Shown here: one piece after another, positions 49,220-62,062 of the stretch
How the letters are laid out: each line of letters begins with the position of its first letter
Position numbering within the stretch: position 1 is the first letter of the stretch
Assembly: GCF_006345805.1 (NCBI RefSeq)
Contig: NC_042998.1
Coordinates: 34,100,001-34,164,000, forward strand
Reading direction: 5' to 3'
DNA from: Octopus sinensis
Lineage: Eukaryota
DNA length: 64,000 nt
The notes under the pieces: model-generated
What the model saw: only the letters and a program-made list of their open reading frames with translations
Databases searched by the model: none
Told to the model about the DNA's origin: nothing
Made by a program: the position numbers and the translations under genes

Positions 49220-50591
49220 TTAAGGAATGGTGTCACGGCCAGCAAGAAACTGCTTTGGAAAAGGACTTTTGTAAGATGTGAGATTTCTTTGTACAAAGTA
49301 GCCATGCAACAAGGGAATGAAAACCAAAAGTAACCAGAAGAAAAAAAAAATGCAAAATATCCAAGATCATACATTTTATTATTCCATATGAAAGAAAATA
49401 AACTTTAAAAAATTGGTTAAATTAATGAAACATTAATCAAGAAATTGAATCAGCTTTGAGACATGCAAGTGAAATTATTCTTGTTTTTGCAGGAGAACTG
49501 GAATTAATACCATCATAGCTGTTCAAAAGAATGTGAGACACTGGAATTGTGACCTGAATAGCAAAGATACAGAAAAACCCTCCTGTCTGAATCCTTCTTA
49601 AAGTTGTTGAGAGTTAAGAAAACTTGTTGTCACGGAATCTCATCGCATTGATCCATTGAGATAAATATAATGGTGAATTCTAATAATGCTAATTGATGCC
49701 TAACATCAGTGCTATTGGTGTGGCATCATTGATTAAATTAACCCCACTACTTGATTGTTTCATATTTTATTGATTGTGCAACAAGGAAAAGACTCAAAAA
49801 ATAGTTTGTGGCCGGTTATGATATTATTTTCCATCTATTTTAAAACTCAAGTTTCCTACTAACCTCCTGTTGTATCTTTCTCTCTATTCTGAAATGTCTG
49901 TTATAGCCTCTTAATGTGTTCACAGACAATACACTTGATATAAACGATTCAATAGCAAAACAAATTGGCTTCTGATGAACAAGAGGAAAATTCTAATGTT
50001 TTCAGATAGTAGAATAAAGTAGTGAAATGATAATTAACAATTAACAAAAAAACCTAACATTATCACAAAAACATTGCATAGAAATAATCAGAAAAGATAA
50101 ATGGTGCCTCTGGAGTTGAGACAAGGCCTTCTTCTTCTCATAGCTGATACTGTAGGTTCACTCACTCCAGCTTTTCTAGATTGGCTACTTTTACTATTTT
50201 TATAAAACTATTGATTTTATGATTCTTTGCTGTTTTTCAAGATCAATATTGCATCTCATAATTTACTGTTAACCTCTTCATACTACTGAAAGAGCCATGG
50301 AGATTGAGCTCTTGGTGGTCCAACTTATTTCAGGATTTCTAGAACATACATGAATATGGTTTCCTGTTACCTATTTTAGAATGTGAACTTTGCACTTGAA
50401 ACAATAGCATTTCATTTCACAGTGCTCCCACTGGCTAATGCAGTGAAGTGTACTTATACATGGTTAAAATTTTCCATTATGGGAAGACAGTGAGCTGATG
50501 GAATCATTAGAATGCCGAACAAAAAAGCTTAACAACATTTTGTCCATCTCTATAGTCTGATCTCAAATTCTGCCAAGGTTACCATATACCA

Positions 50592-51018
50592 GTTCTATAT
50601 TTAAGAGATGAGGAATTATGCACATTATTTACATTAGAAGGATATTTGTCCTCATCTTGTTTGTTGTTAACACAATGTTTCGGCTGATATACCCTCCATC
50701 CTTCGTCAGGTGTCTCGGGGAAATTTTGAACCTGGGTTCTCATTCCTAAAGTATTTATGATGTTATTGTTATTTATTTCTTTATTACCTACAGGGGACTA
50801 AACATAGAGGGGACAAACAAGGACAGACAAAGAGATTAAGTCGATTATATCGACCCCAGTGTGTAACTGGTACTTAATTTATCAACTCCGAAAGGATGAA
50901 AGGCAAAGTCAACCTTGGGAGAATTTGAACTCAGAACATAAAGACAGGTGAAATACCGCTAAGCATTTCGCTCGCTGTGGGGACGTTTCCACCAGCTCGC
51001 TATCTTCAATGTTTTTAA

Positions 51019-51050
<32 letters not shown>

Positions 51051-51112
51051 TCACTGCTTTGAATTGAACTTGCAATCTTGGGGTTAGTAGCCCGCACTCT
51101 TAACCACTACAG
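50592..51112 (-). mobile_element. Element G (minus) with a family C SINE (about 50765-51005) in its (AAT)n linker; hammerhead 50669-50714
   Basis: Minus strand gacac CTGACGA a ggatg...cagcc GAAAC ATT gtgtt; tRNA head at about 51045-51112. Confidence 0.75.
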
Positions 51113-51159
51113 GCATATGGTGTAGTGGTTAAGATTCCGAGTTCAATTCCAGGCAGTGA

Positions 51160-51207
<48 letters not shown>

Positions 51208-51345
51208 TAATAATAATAATAACAACAACATCAAAAAATACCTTAGGAATGAGAACCCAGATTCGAAATTTCCCCAAGACACCTGGTGAAGGATGGAGGG
51301 TGTATCAGCTGAAACGTTGTTACAATATAAATAATGTAAATAAGG
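51110..51345 (+). mobile_element. Element G (plus), head-to-head with the minus copy; hammerhead 51278-51321 (core mutated to CTGGTGA)
   Basis: ggcatatggtgtagtggttaag...gagttcaattccaggcagtgacctg (AAT)n tail. Confidence 0.8.
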
Positions 51346-51577
51346 TAAGGTTAACTTTGTCTTTACAGCCCTTTTGGAGCTGATGAAATGAGTACCAGCT
51401 GGATTCTCAGGATCAATGTAACCAACTTACCCACTCCCCTGAAATTCCTGGCCTTATGCCAAAATTTAAAATCAATATTTTACACCTTCAAGACATTGAG
51501 CTAGCAGAATCTTTTGCATGCCAGGCAAGATGCTTAGCAGCATTTCATCCGTCTTTAGGTTCTGTGTTCAAATTTTC

Positions 51578-51730
51578 CTATTTTCTCTCCCTGTTTATTT
51601 TTGTGTTCCCTTCTGACAAAGAGCGTAAGCTCAAAACGTAAAATACTTTCTCACTTCCCGAGTGTTAAACTAATACATCTGTTTGTTGTTCACACACCTG
51701 TCTTCATCTTTTGTTCTTTTTGTAAATTCT
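51578..51730 (+). mobile_element. Repeat K with hammerhead core (51609-51644)
   Basis: CTGACAA a gagc-gtaa-gctc AAAAC GTA aaat. Confidence 0.7.
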
Positions 51731-52194
51731 CCCCGTCCCCACCGCCATTTTACACAGATTAATTACCAAGAAATTAAGGACTTTGATCGTGGAAATAGTA
51801 GAGCACTGGAGACAGAATATAAAATACTGACTGCCCAACCTACAACCCGGTACCCCATCAATCCAACCAGTTGTGAGTCAATTACCATTCAGACATCTAC
51901 CTTTGATCATTTAGATTTCTCCAAATGTATTAAGAGAATAAATTCGATATTTTTAGACTCAGCAGATGCTATAAATTTGTCGAACCTATTCCAGCATGGA
52001 AACATATAAATAATTATGATGACGATAACAATGATATGATATGTACATACACATCTATCTGTATCTGTCTCTCTATATATATGTGCATGTGTGTGTGTGT
52101 GTGTGTGTGTACATATATATACACGTTTATATACCTATATATGTTTATATGTGTATGTGTGTATATACATATATATATGTATAGATATACATGC

Positions 52195-52232
<38 letters not shown>

Positions 52233-52721
52233 ATATATATGTTTATATAACTATATATGTTTATATGTGTATGTTTGTATATACATATATATATGTATAG
52301 ATATACATGCATCTACGTGTGTGTGTGTGTGCGCGCGTGTGCATGTAAATATATATGTGCATAGAAATATTCGCATACGAACACACATATACTTAAACAC
52401 AGACATACAAACATATACACATACATATGTACACGCATACGAACTTTGTTGGTCAAATGCTGTCAGATTGGTAAAGATAGTATTGAATTGTTGGCAGCAA
52501 ACACCAAAAACTATGCCAAAATATCATGTAATGTTGTTACCAATGGTAATGGGGAATCGGTGGATTCTTGTTTATGAGAAATCCTAACAAGGTCTGCATC
52601 CTCAGTATTAAATACATGAAGCTCTATTCAATATATTACATTTGTCTCTATAAACAGACTGATCTTCATCAACAGACCCACTTACTTACAGACATATAAA
52701 TTATATTCATCTCCATTACGT

Positions 52722-52756
<35 letters not shown>

Positions 52757-52867
52757 TTCACAGACATGTACACATTTATATCGATTGTGTGATAGTTAAT
52801 GCGTTGTTACTTAAAGTTTCATGTCAAGAGCCAAAAGTTTGCTTTTAACAATCATCAGATGGATAAC

Positions 52868-53585
<718 letters not shown>

Positions 53586-53589
53586 ATAA

Positions 53590-53745
53590 TTGTTTTGGGA
53601 AAAGTCATTTTCTTTTTGTGCCTTATAATGTAACACACCGGTAAAATTTCCACCTTTTTTCTTATTTTTATTTTCCTAAAATTTTCATTGCGTCTTGCAA
53701 CCTTTTCAATAGTTTTGACTCTGTCCGTTATTTACACTGTTTTGG
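53590..53745 (+). repeat. Repeat J
   Basis: Homologous to 15398-15555; tgttttgggaaa repeated at both ends. Confidence 0.75.
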
Positions 53746-54006
53746 GAAAGAATGTGATTAATTAGAGATTCTCTCACAAAGGTAAGGTTTGCACTTAGAA
53801 ATACTCAAGAGGAACTTGAGACGAAAGATAAAAATATGTAATATAAAGAAACATATGACCAGATTATTTAATCCACAAACATGACTCTAATTTCAGATGA
53901 ATTTAAAGAACAAGCATGCATGATACGTTAAAAATATATAAATATAGAGATATTTTTTTAAAATCTATAACTAAAAAAATATATTAGAGATATATATGTA
54001 AGATAG

Positions 54007-54060
54007 CCCCAGCATGGCCACAGCTCAAGAGCTGAAACTGGAAAAACAAAAACAAAAACA
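54007..54060 (+). mobile_element. Extreme 3' tail of the CR1-clade LINE
   Basis: ccccagcatggccacagctcaagagctgaaac plus (AAAAAC)n; matches 7587-7606. Confidence 0.65.
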
Positions 54061-54092
54061 AAACAAAAAATATATATACACACACACACACA

Positions 54093-54765
54093 TATAATAA
54101 GATGAAAAAATAGAGAGGTAATTGATAAATTATTATTTATTAATTAAAAAGTTGACAAACATAGGCGTAGGAGTGGCTGTGTGGTAAGTAGCTTGCTTAC
54201 CAACCACATGGTTCCGGGTTCAGTCCCACTGCGTGGCACCTTGGGCAAGTGTCTTCTACTATAGCCTCGAGCCGACCAAAGCCTTGTGAGTGGATTTGGT
54301 AGGCGGAAACTGAAAGAAGCCCGTCGTATATATGTATATATATATAAGCGTGTGTGTGTTTGTGTGGCTGTGTTTGTCCCCCTAGCAATGCTTGACAACC
54401 GATGCTGGTGTGTTTATGTCCCCGTTACTTAGCGGTTCGGCAAAAGAGACCGATAGAATAAGTACTGGGCTTACAAAAGAATAAGTTCTGGGGTCGAGTT
54501 GCTCGATTAAAGGCGGTGCTCCAGCATGGCCACAGTCAAATGACTGAAACAAGTAAAAGAGTAAAAAGAGAGAGTAAACATCCCTTACAGCTGTTTCAAT
54601 TCAGACCCTCAGAAAATTAAGTAATTAAATTGAAAATTATTTGAATTTTAATTTAATTAATTAATTTTTTGAGGGTTTGTAATGAAACAGCTGTAAGGGA
54701 TGTTTGTCAGTTTTTTAGTTAATAAATAATTTATTAATTACCTTTCTATTTTCTCATCTTATTAT
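54093..54765. repeat. Long palindrome L (arms about 130 bp) split by a SINE
   Basis: 54093-54162 plus 54576-54630 is the inverse of about 54660-54765. Confidence 0.8.
54163..54575 (+). mobile_element. SINE family A, young full-length copy
   Basis: 6-bp TSD aaacat (54157-54162 / 54576-54581). Confidence 0.9.
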
Positions 54766-54938
54766 TATATTAAATAAATATATATATACCACGGTTCATA
54801 TAGTTACCTTGCAGTTGAGTATTAAATATAATGTTCAATATTCTTTGTATAGGTAACTAATCAGTAGTTTCATAGGATTTTGCTATCCCTGAATGAGGTT
54901 TGTAACCTTTAATTGTGCTTCTGTTATATATATGTATA

Positions 54939-54992
<54 letters not shown>

Positions 54993-56272
54993 TGAGATAT
55001 ATGTTTGTGTGTCATGCTTTTGATGTCTATTTTTTCATGCTTGAATTGGTTTTACAGAGTTTACTGAGGCAGATTTTCTACTGTTGGGTACACTTTCTGT
55101 CACCAACCATCACCTGTTTTCAGGTCGGTCTTACATAGGACCTCAGGCAAATCCTTATAGTGGGCAGGGCACCATAGTAAGTATTTATTGACAGCAAGAC
55201 AAAGTGTACGTAGATCAGAAATCAGCCCTTAGACTTGCAGGGTCCCTGGGCAGTTATCCACACTGTGCATGTCTTAAGACAGTTCTGAATGTTTCCATGA
55301 ATGGTAATATCTATCCATGGCCAGACACAATTTTGCAGAATATTGAAAATGACACTTTTTCACAACTATCACATGATGTTAAAAGAAGGATATATACACA
55401 CATGCACACATAAACACATATATATGTAGATATACACACATATACATACATATATACATACATGGAGGCTGCCCCCTCGTTATCGAGTATGGCCATTGCA
55501 CGAAGCTTAATCAATGTTGTTATAGTGCAATGCCTGTGCAAGAAGATTTCTTTTAAAGTGAGGAAAGGCTATGCACTGAGTCAATCCCACTCACTAAGCA
55601 ACAGCAGCCATAATCCGAAAAGAAGAACAAGTCAACATCATCAGTAACCACTGAGCCGCAGGTTTTATGTCGAAGTTATCCCAGTTACTTGAGTTACCTT
55701 CTCCTAGAGGGATGCCCTAACAAAGGCTAGGAGTCCTTCATTCCCAATGGTTTAACCACGCGACCGGGTATTCAGTCCGATTATTTCTATGTCCCCGGGC
55801 ATGATACAGCCTTAAGACATTTATTAGATGGCCGTTGACTCTCAAAAGTTCCTCCGCCCTTTGACGGGTTTTGTTTTTCATCCCTCAGGGTTTCCAATAA
55901 ACACCCTCCTCACAAAGCAAGCTTGGTGGGGTTGCCGGTATAGTTGCCGACAACCCAACCATGCAACAGGTTGTACTGGGTTACATGTTACCAGTAGCAC
56001 TCGAAAGTGACCTAACATGCATACATACATACATACATACATACTTACATACCTCTCTCTCTTTCGGAGAAGCACAAGCACCTACACGCACATATACACA
56101 CATGGCAGTAACTTCCGCCTACCAAATTCAATCACAAAGTTTCGGTTGGCCCGGAGCTATAGCAGAAGACACTTGCCCAAAGTGCCACGTGGTGGGACTG
56201 AATCCGAAACCATGTAGCTAGGAAGCAAGCTCCCTAACCACACAGCCATACATACATACATACATACATACA

Positions 56273-56306
<34 letters not shown>

Positions 56307-56308
56307 CA

Positions 56309-56343
<35 letters not shown>

Positions 56344-56732
56344 GTTTAAACACATATAAAATGGGTGTCTTTCAGTTTCTGTCTTCAAAACCTGCTCACA
56401 AGGCTTTTGTCAGTCCAGGGCTTTAGTAAAAGACATTTAGCTACGGTCCCACACATTGGCAATGAACCCAAAAACCATATGTTTGAAAAGCATACCACTT
56501 AACTACATTGCCACACAGTGTGTGTGTGTGTGTGTTGGGTGGGGGTAGCTGAAAGATTATTGGTATTAGGAAAAATTATGTGAAATATTAGTACCTGTTG
56601 CTGTTACGGATCCTCGGAGATAGGCAGAGGATCTTCATAGAAGGAATGACAATGGGATTAGAGCCCAAAACAAACAGAAGTACATAAAGACTGTCACCTT
56701 GGAATATTGCCACTGAAATATGAATATTCTTT

Positions 56733-56942
56733 TCTACTCTAGGCACAAGGCCCGAAATTTTGGGGGAGAGGACCAGTTGATTAGATCGACCCCAGTATGC
56801 AACTGGTACTTAATTTATCGACCACGAAAGGATGAAAGGGAAAGCCGACCTCGGCAGAATTTGAACTAAGAACATAAAGCCAGATGAAATACTGCTAAGC
56901 ATTTCACCTGGCATGCTAACATTTCTGCCAGCTTGCCGCCTT
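56733..56942 (-). mobile_element. SINE family C (tail type 2)
   Basis: ctactctaggcacaaggcccgaaatttttggggg tail plus C core and head. Confidence 0.85.
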
Positions 56943-56952
56943 CTGAAACATG

Positions 56953-57302
56953 AATCATCATCATCGTTTAACGTCCGTTTTCCGCACAAGTACGGGTTGG
57001 ACGGTTCGACCGGGGTCTGGGTAGCCAGGGGCTGCACCTGGCTCCGGTCTGATCTGGCAGTGTTTCTACAGCTGGATGCCCTTCCTAACGCCAACAACTC
57101 CGCGAGTGTAGTGGGTGCTTTTTACGTGCCACCGGCACAGGTGCCAGGGAAGTCTGGCATCGGCCACGATCGGTTGGTGATTTTAATGTGCCACTGGCAC
57201 GGAAGCCAGCCAGGGCGGCGCAGGCATCGGCCACGTTCGGATGGTGCTTTTTATGTGCCACCAGCACAGAAGCCAGTCGAGGCGGCGCTGGCATCGGCCA
57301 AG
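56953..57302 (-). mobile_element. Young RTE 3' UTR fragment
   Basis: Direct repeat tgaatcatc at 56951-56959 / 57307-57315. Confidence 0.85.
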
Positions 57303-57319
57303 GCGCTGAATCATCCTGC

Positions 57320-57720
57320 TTTCATTTACAGGTGTGAAGATTGTAAATCGAGTTTTTGGATGAGCAACAAAGACAGCAGAAACTTTTGCCTGATGCAGTG
57401 ACATCAGTAATCACGGGTCGGGGATGGAATCAACCAGCTTTCCCTAACCAAGTCACACTCTCACAAGGTTTCTGCGGTTGTTTTCTTACTTTAGGCAGAA
57501 CAGCTTCATTTAACAAAAGCTGTTTAGTGCATCACCACATACCCTTATTTCCACCCTCCCTGCTTATCAGTGATTCTATCATTAGCCTTGCAATGATCTT
57601 GGAGCAAGTAGTTCAGGGAGATTATGGGCTTTTAGTTCCTTGCCAAAGCAGTGTTTTTGTCCTTAACCACAAGGTTTGTTTGTGCTACGACAAGAGAGTA
57701 TAGCTTCTATAGTTTTTTTC
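57320..57720 (-). mobile_element. R4/Dong-like reverse-transcriptase fragment, heavily decayed
   Basis: Frameshifted GMW*CTKQLLLNEAVL..VRK..NLVRV*LG*GKLVDSIPDP*LLMSLHQAKV resembles G..GC..QLL.N.A.L...NL...WLDY.KAFDS.PH.W. Confidence 0.55.
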
Positions 57721-58142
57721 TTTTTTAAAACATATGTATAAGGGATTTTCCGTAAAATGTTAACACCAGATAGACACTATGCAGTCTCTTTCTAGTGACG
57801 TCCCATTATGTAGGTTTCCCACAACACTGATGAAAATTTCAACATCAATAACATACATTTTACTGCTTATGTTGGTACAGTTCATGACTTATTGTCTCTA
57901 GCTATGTTGCATTTCAATTAAAATCCTTCCTTTCATTCCAAATCTTAGAACAGAATGATTTTACGATCTTTTTTAGCAAGGGGTCTTATTTTACAGCAAT
58001 AATTTTCCTCTCATCTCCTCGTATGCAGCTTGTGGTTTATAACAAACTTATGCAGTTTATCCAAACTTACTCTGATACATTTTTTCAGACTCACAGGTTT
58101 TTTTTTATGAATGTGTCTTGAGTTCATGTTTCAGGGTTACTC

Positions 58143-58545
58143 TTTTACTCTTTTAATTGTTTCAGTCATTTGACTGCGGCCATGCTGGAGCACCACCTTT
58201 AGTCGAGCAAATCAACCACAGGACTTATTCTTTGTAAACCTAGCATTTATTCTATTGGTCTCTTTTGCCGAACTGTTAAATTACGGGAACGTAAACACAC
58301 CAGCATCAGTTGTCAAGTGATGTTGGGGGACAAACACAGACATACAAACATATACACACACATCCATATATATACTTATATATGACAGGCTTTTTTCAGT
58401 TTCTGTCTACCAAATCCACTCACAAGGCTTTGGTCAGCCCAAGGATATAGTAGAAGACTCTTGCCTAAAATGCCATGCAGTGGGACTGAACCCGGAACCA
58501 TGTGGTTGGTAAGCAAGCTACTTACCACATAGCCACTCCTGTGCC
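58143..58545 (-). mobile_element. SINE family A (full length)
   Basis: Reverse complement of the full layout. Confidence 0.85.
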
Positions 58546-59264
58546 TATTAACTTTCCTTCAAAATCTAGGCTAAAATCTCTGAACAGTTTCATTAGTTTT
58601 TTTTCCCAGGAGATGTTGTTGGTGTGCAGTGAACTTATCTCTAGCTTTACAGAGATACAGTGCAATGACATTTAACTTTTCTGTTCTGCAGCGTAAATTC
58701 ATTGTTTAACTTCTAGAGTCATTAACCTGTGTTGCTTGTCATTTCATTGCCATGTGCTTTGCAAATATCTCCCTAGTCTTCTTTCAGGATAACAGCAGCA
58801 GTGCACGGACAAATATTGATATTCTATATGAGTTATCACATTTTTTAAATACATTCTCCAGTGATATCATATATAACTATTACCATGACAGGGGATCGTT
58901 TTCTTTCCCCTCTTGTGAGAAAAAGGTCTTTGCATTTAGAATAACTTAAAAAGACTGATGGAATTTTTACAGTTATCTCTGTCAGGTATGTATATAGAGA
59001 TGCCAGTCCAACAGAATTGTGTAAGGGTGGCAACAGCCATGTAAGTTTGTTTACATTGTTACCAGCTTCAATGGAAGCTTTTGGCTAATTCTGAATATTG
59101 TCAAAAAGATAAGGAATATTACAGGCATTAGAATAACTATTGTTATGTAGACCAACCATTTCGTATGCAAAGAAGGATACCTGTTTCCACAGAGGCTTTG
59201 CTATGACATGGCTTTAGTTTGAAGAATAGTCATCCTAGTACATTTTTAACAGCTTCATATAGAA

Positions 59265-60231
59265 CATAAGTTCTCAAAGCGGGTGCTATCGCCCCCTGGT
59301 GGGCGTTGAAATGGTCCAGGTGGGCGCTGGTGCCTAAGCAGGGTGGTGTGGGGTATGGGATAGTAGATAAAGGGAGCCGTTGGGAGGAAGCCAGCACTGC
59401 TTTCACTGGCTCCCATGCCGGTGGCATGTAAAAAGCACCATCCGATCGTGGTCAATGCCAGCCCCCTCTGACCCCTGTGCTAGTGGTATGTAAAAAAGCA
59501 TCCACTACACTCTCAGAGTGGTTGGTGTTAGGAAGGGCATCCAGATGAGACTGGTGCCTGGTGCAGCCTCCTGGATTTCAGATCCACAGTCAAACCGTCC
59601 AACCCATGCCAGCAAGGAAAATGGATGTTAAATGAAGATAATGATGATGACGATGATTACAGTAGGAGTGGCTGTGTGGTAAGTAGCTTGCTTACGAACC
59701 ACATGGTTCCGGGTTCAGTTCCACTGCGTGGCACCTTGGGTAAGTGTCTTCTACTATAGCTTCGAGCCGACCAAAGCCTTGTGAGTGCATTTGGTAGACG
59801 GAAACTGAAAGAAGCCTGTCGTATATATGTATATATATATATGTGTGTGTGCGTGTATGTTTGTATGTCTGTGTTGTCCCCCTAGCATTGCTTGACAACC
59901 GATGCTGGTGTGTTTACGTTCCCATAACTTAGCGGTTTGGCAAAAGAGACCAATAGAATAAGTACTGGGCTTTCAAAGAATAAGTCCCGGGGTCGAGTTG
60001 CTTGATAAAAAAAAAGGCGGTGCTCCAGCATGGCCGCAGTCAAATGACTGAAACAAGTAAAAGAGTAAAAGAGAGAGAGTATTTTATACAAATTATATAA
60101 CATATTCATAGTCTATATACATTAGTTAAATATGAAATATATATTTATACATAAAAACAGGGGTGGGGGCACTGAGGGTATTATGTGGCTATGAGTGGGG
60201 GGCAGTGGCCCAAAATGTTTGAGAACTTCTG
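59265..60231. mobile_element. hAT-like non-autonomous element containing nested RTE (59395-59660) and SINE A (59661-60080)
   Basis: TIR CATAAGTTCTCAAA / TTTGAGAACTTCTG; flanks atatagaa / atcatgaa match only 5/8. Confidence 0.5.
59661..60080 (+). mobile_element. SINE family A (full length)
   Basis: Near-identical to 54163-54575. Confidence 0.9.
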
Positions 60232-60384
60232 ATCATGAAGATCATGGAATCTTAGGCTTTTTCATTATGACTTAATTGCAAAGACCAAGTGAAAAGAGAA
60301 GTGTGATTATTTTCACAGTCAGCTCACATTAGCAGTAATGTTGTTGATGTCAATATTGATGGCATTGAACATATAAGAGAAATT

Positions 60385-60860
60385 CCAAGCCATGCCAGTG
60401 GCACATAAAAGGCACCATTCAAGTGTGATCATTACCAGCATTGCCTTACTAACACTTAAGCCCCGTGCTAGTAGGGTGCTAAGAGCACCATCCAAGCATG
60501 ATCATTGCCAGAGTGGCTAACTGGCTTCCGTGCCGGTGGCATGAAGGAGGCACCATTCGAGCATGACCGTTACCAGCATCGCCTTACTGGCACCTGTGCC
60601 GGTGGCATGTGTAAAAAGATTTGAGCAAGGTCATTGCCAGTACCTCCTGACTGGCCCCCATGCCGGTGGCACGTAAAAAGCACTCACTACACTCTTGGAG
60701 TGGTTGGCGTTAGGAAGGACATCCAGCTGTAGAAACTCTGCCAGATCAAGATTGAAGCCTGGTGCAGCCATCTGGTTTGCCAGTCCTCAGTCAAATCGTC
60801 CAACCCATGCTAGCATGGAAAGTGGATGTTAAACGATGGTGATGATGATGATGATGATAT
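60385..60860 (+). mobile_element. RTE LINE 3' UTR fragment
   Basis: Four to five gtgccggtggcac units, (GAT)n tail. Confidence 0.85.
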
Positions 60861-61029
60861 GAATGATGCGAAATTGGTGAATAAAAGGTAATTCCCTTAT
60901 TTGTGAAAGAAGAAAACAGCAATATTTACTGAACTAGTCTTCTTTAAGTCTGCATATTTACAAGGGAAAACATCCAGAAACACAGTTTAAATGATTCTCT
61001 ACACTTGCAAGTCTCGCTGAAAGACATTG

Positions 61030-61050
61030 TATGTATGTATGTATGTATGT

Positions 61051-61112
<62 letters not shown>

Positions 61113-61207
61113 ATGTATGTATGTATGTATGTATGTATGTATGTATGTATGTATGTATGTATGTATGTATGTATGTGTGAGTGTATAAACATGTGTGTAT
61201 GTATGTA

Positions 61208-61240
<33 letters not shown>
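61030..61240. repeat. (TATG)/(TG)/(CT) compound microsatellite
   Basis: Direct reading. Confidence 0.95.
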
Positions 61241-61243
<3 letters not shown>

Positions 61244-62062
61244 ACTTTAACCCTTTTCTTTCAATTTCCCCTTCATATTTCCTCACTTTTATTTTTTTCA
61301 GTTTTACATGAGATACGTTTACACTGTGGTCATTATGTAAGCTATTAAATCTGAAAAAAATAACCAAAAATTCAAGACTTAAATGTCAAGTAAAGATAAT
61401 ATTTATAATCCTAACATGTGAGATTGCTTCACATTCTTGAGATTTAGCAACAAGTAGAGAAAAACTTCAATTGACAAAAGAAGCAACATAACAATTTCTT
61501 AAAGTTGGAGACACTAAGTGCTGATCTTTTCTTTAGCAGCCAGAACAAAAGACAAGTGAAGTAATAGATGTATGAAAAGAGTAGATTAATCATCTGTTTT
61601 CTAGCCATAGAAACGTAACTGCAACTTTAAACTAAACTTCAATTCTGAACAAAACCAATTGTCCGTTCAATGTAACATAACCACAGTACTGAGTTTAAAA
61701 AGGTTTCTTCCAACTTCCTCAATTTTATTTTGCAATTTAGAGAAGGTTATTGACCCATAAAATTGTAAATTAATGTTCATTTTAGATAATGGAAATTTTG
61801 TACAATGGACAGTGAAGTCTTATATGGGCTCAGATACTAAATAGATAACATCCTCGTGCTGGTAAAAAAATACGGAAGACAATTATATCCTATACAAAAT
61901 TCTTGTATGAGATATGATTGCACAAATATTATCAAATATTACTGACAAACGAATGTGATCTATTAGGATAAAATTTTGCTGGAACAGATGCCATACAATA
62001 GTGCAAAGCATTTGACATTTATTATGGAAAATGTCAGATTTTACATGAAAACAAATCATCAT

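Noticed and set aside
49493-49532. Possible exon RTGINTIIAVQKN (similar candidates at 8601-8634 and about 18680)
   Set aside because: Only generic splice-like signals, no recognisable protein, and no phase-consistent chain with other candidates.
54600-54705. Complete hammerhead in palindrome L
   Set aside because: GAAAC-AGCT-GTA is present but there is no CUGANGA and no convincing stem II; kept only as a speculative finding.
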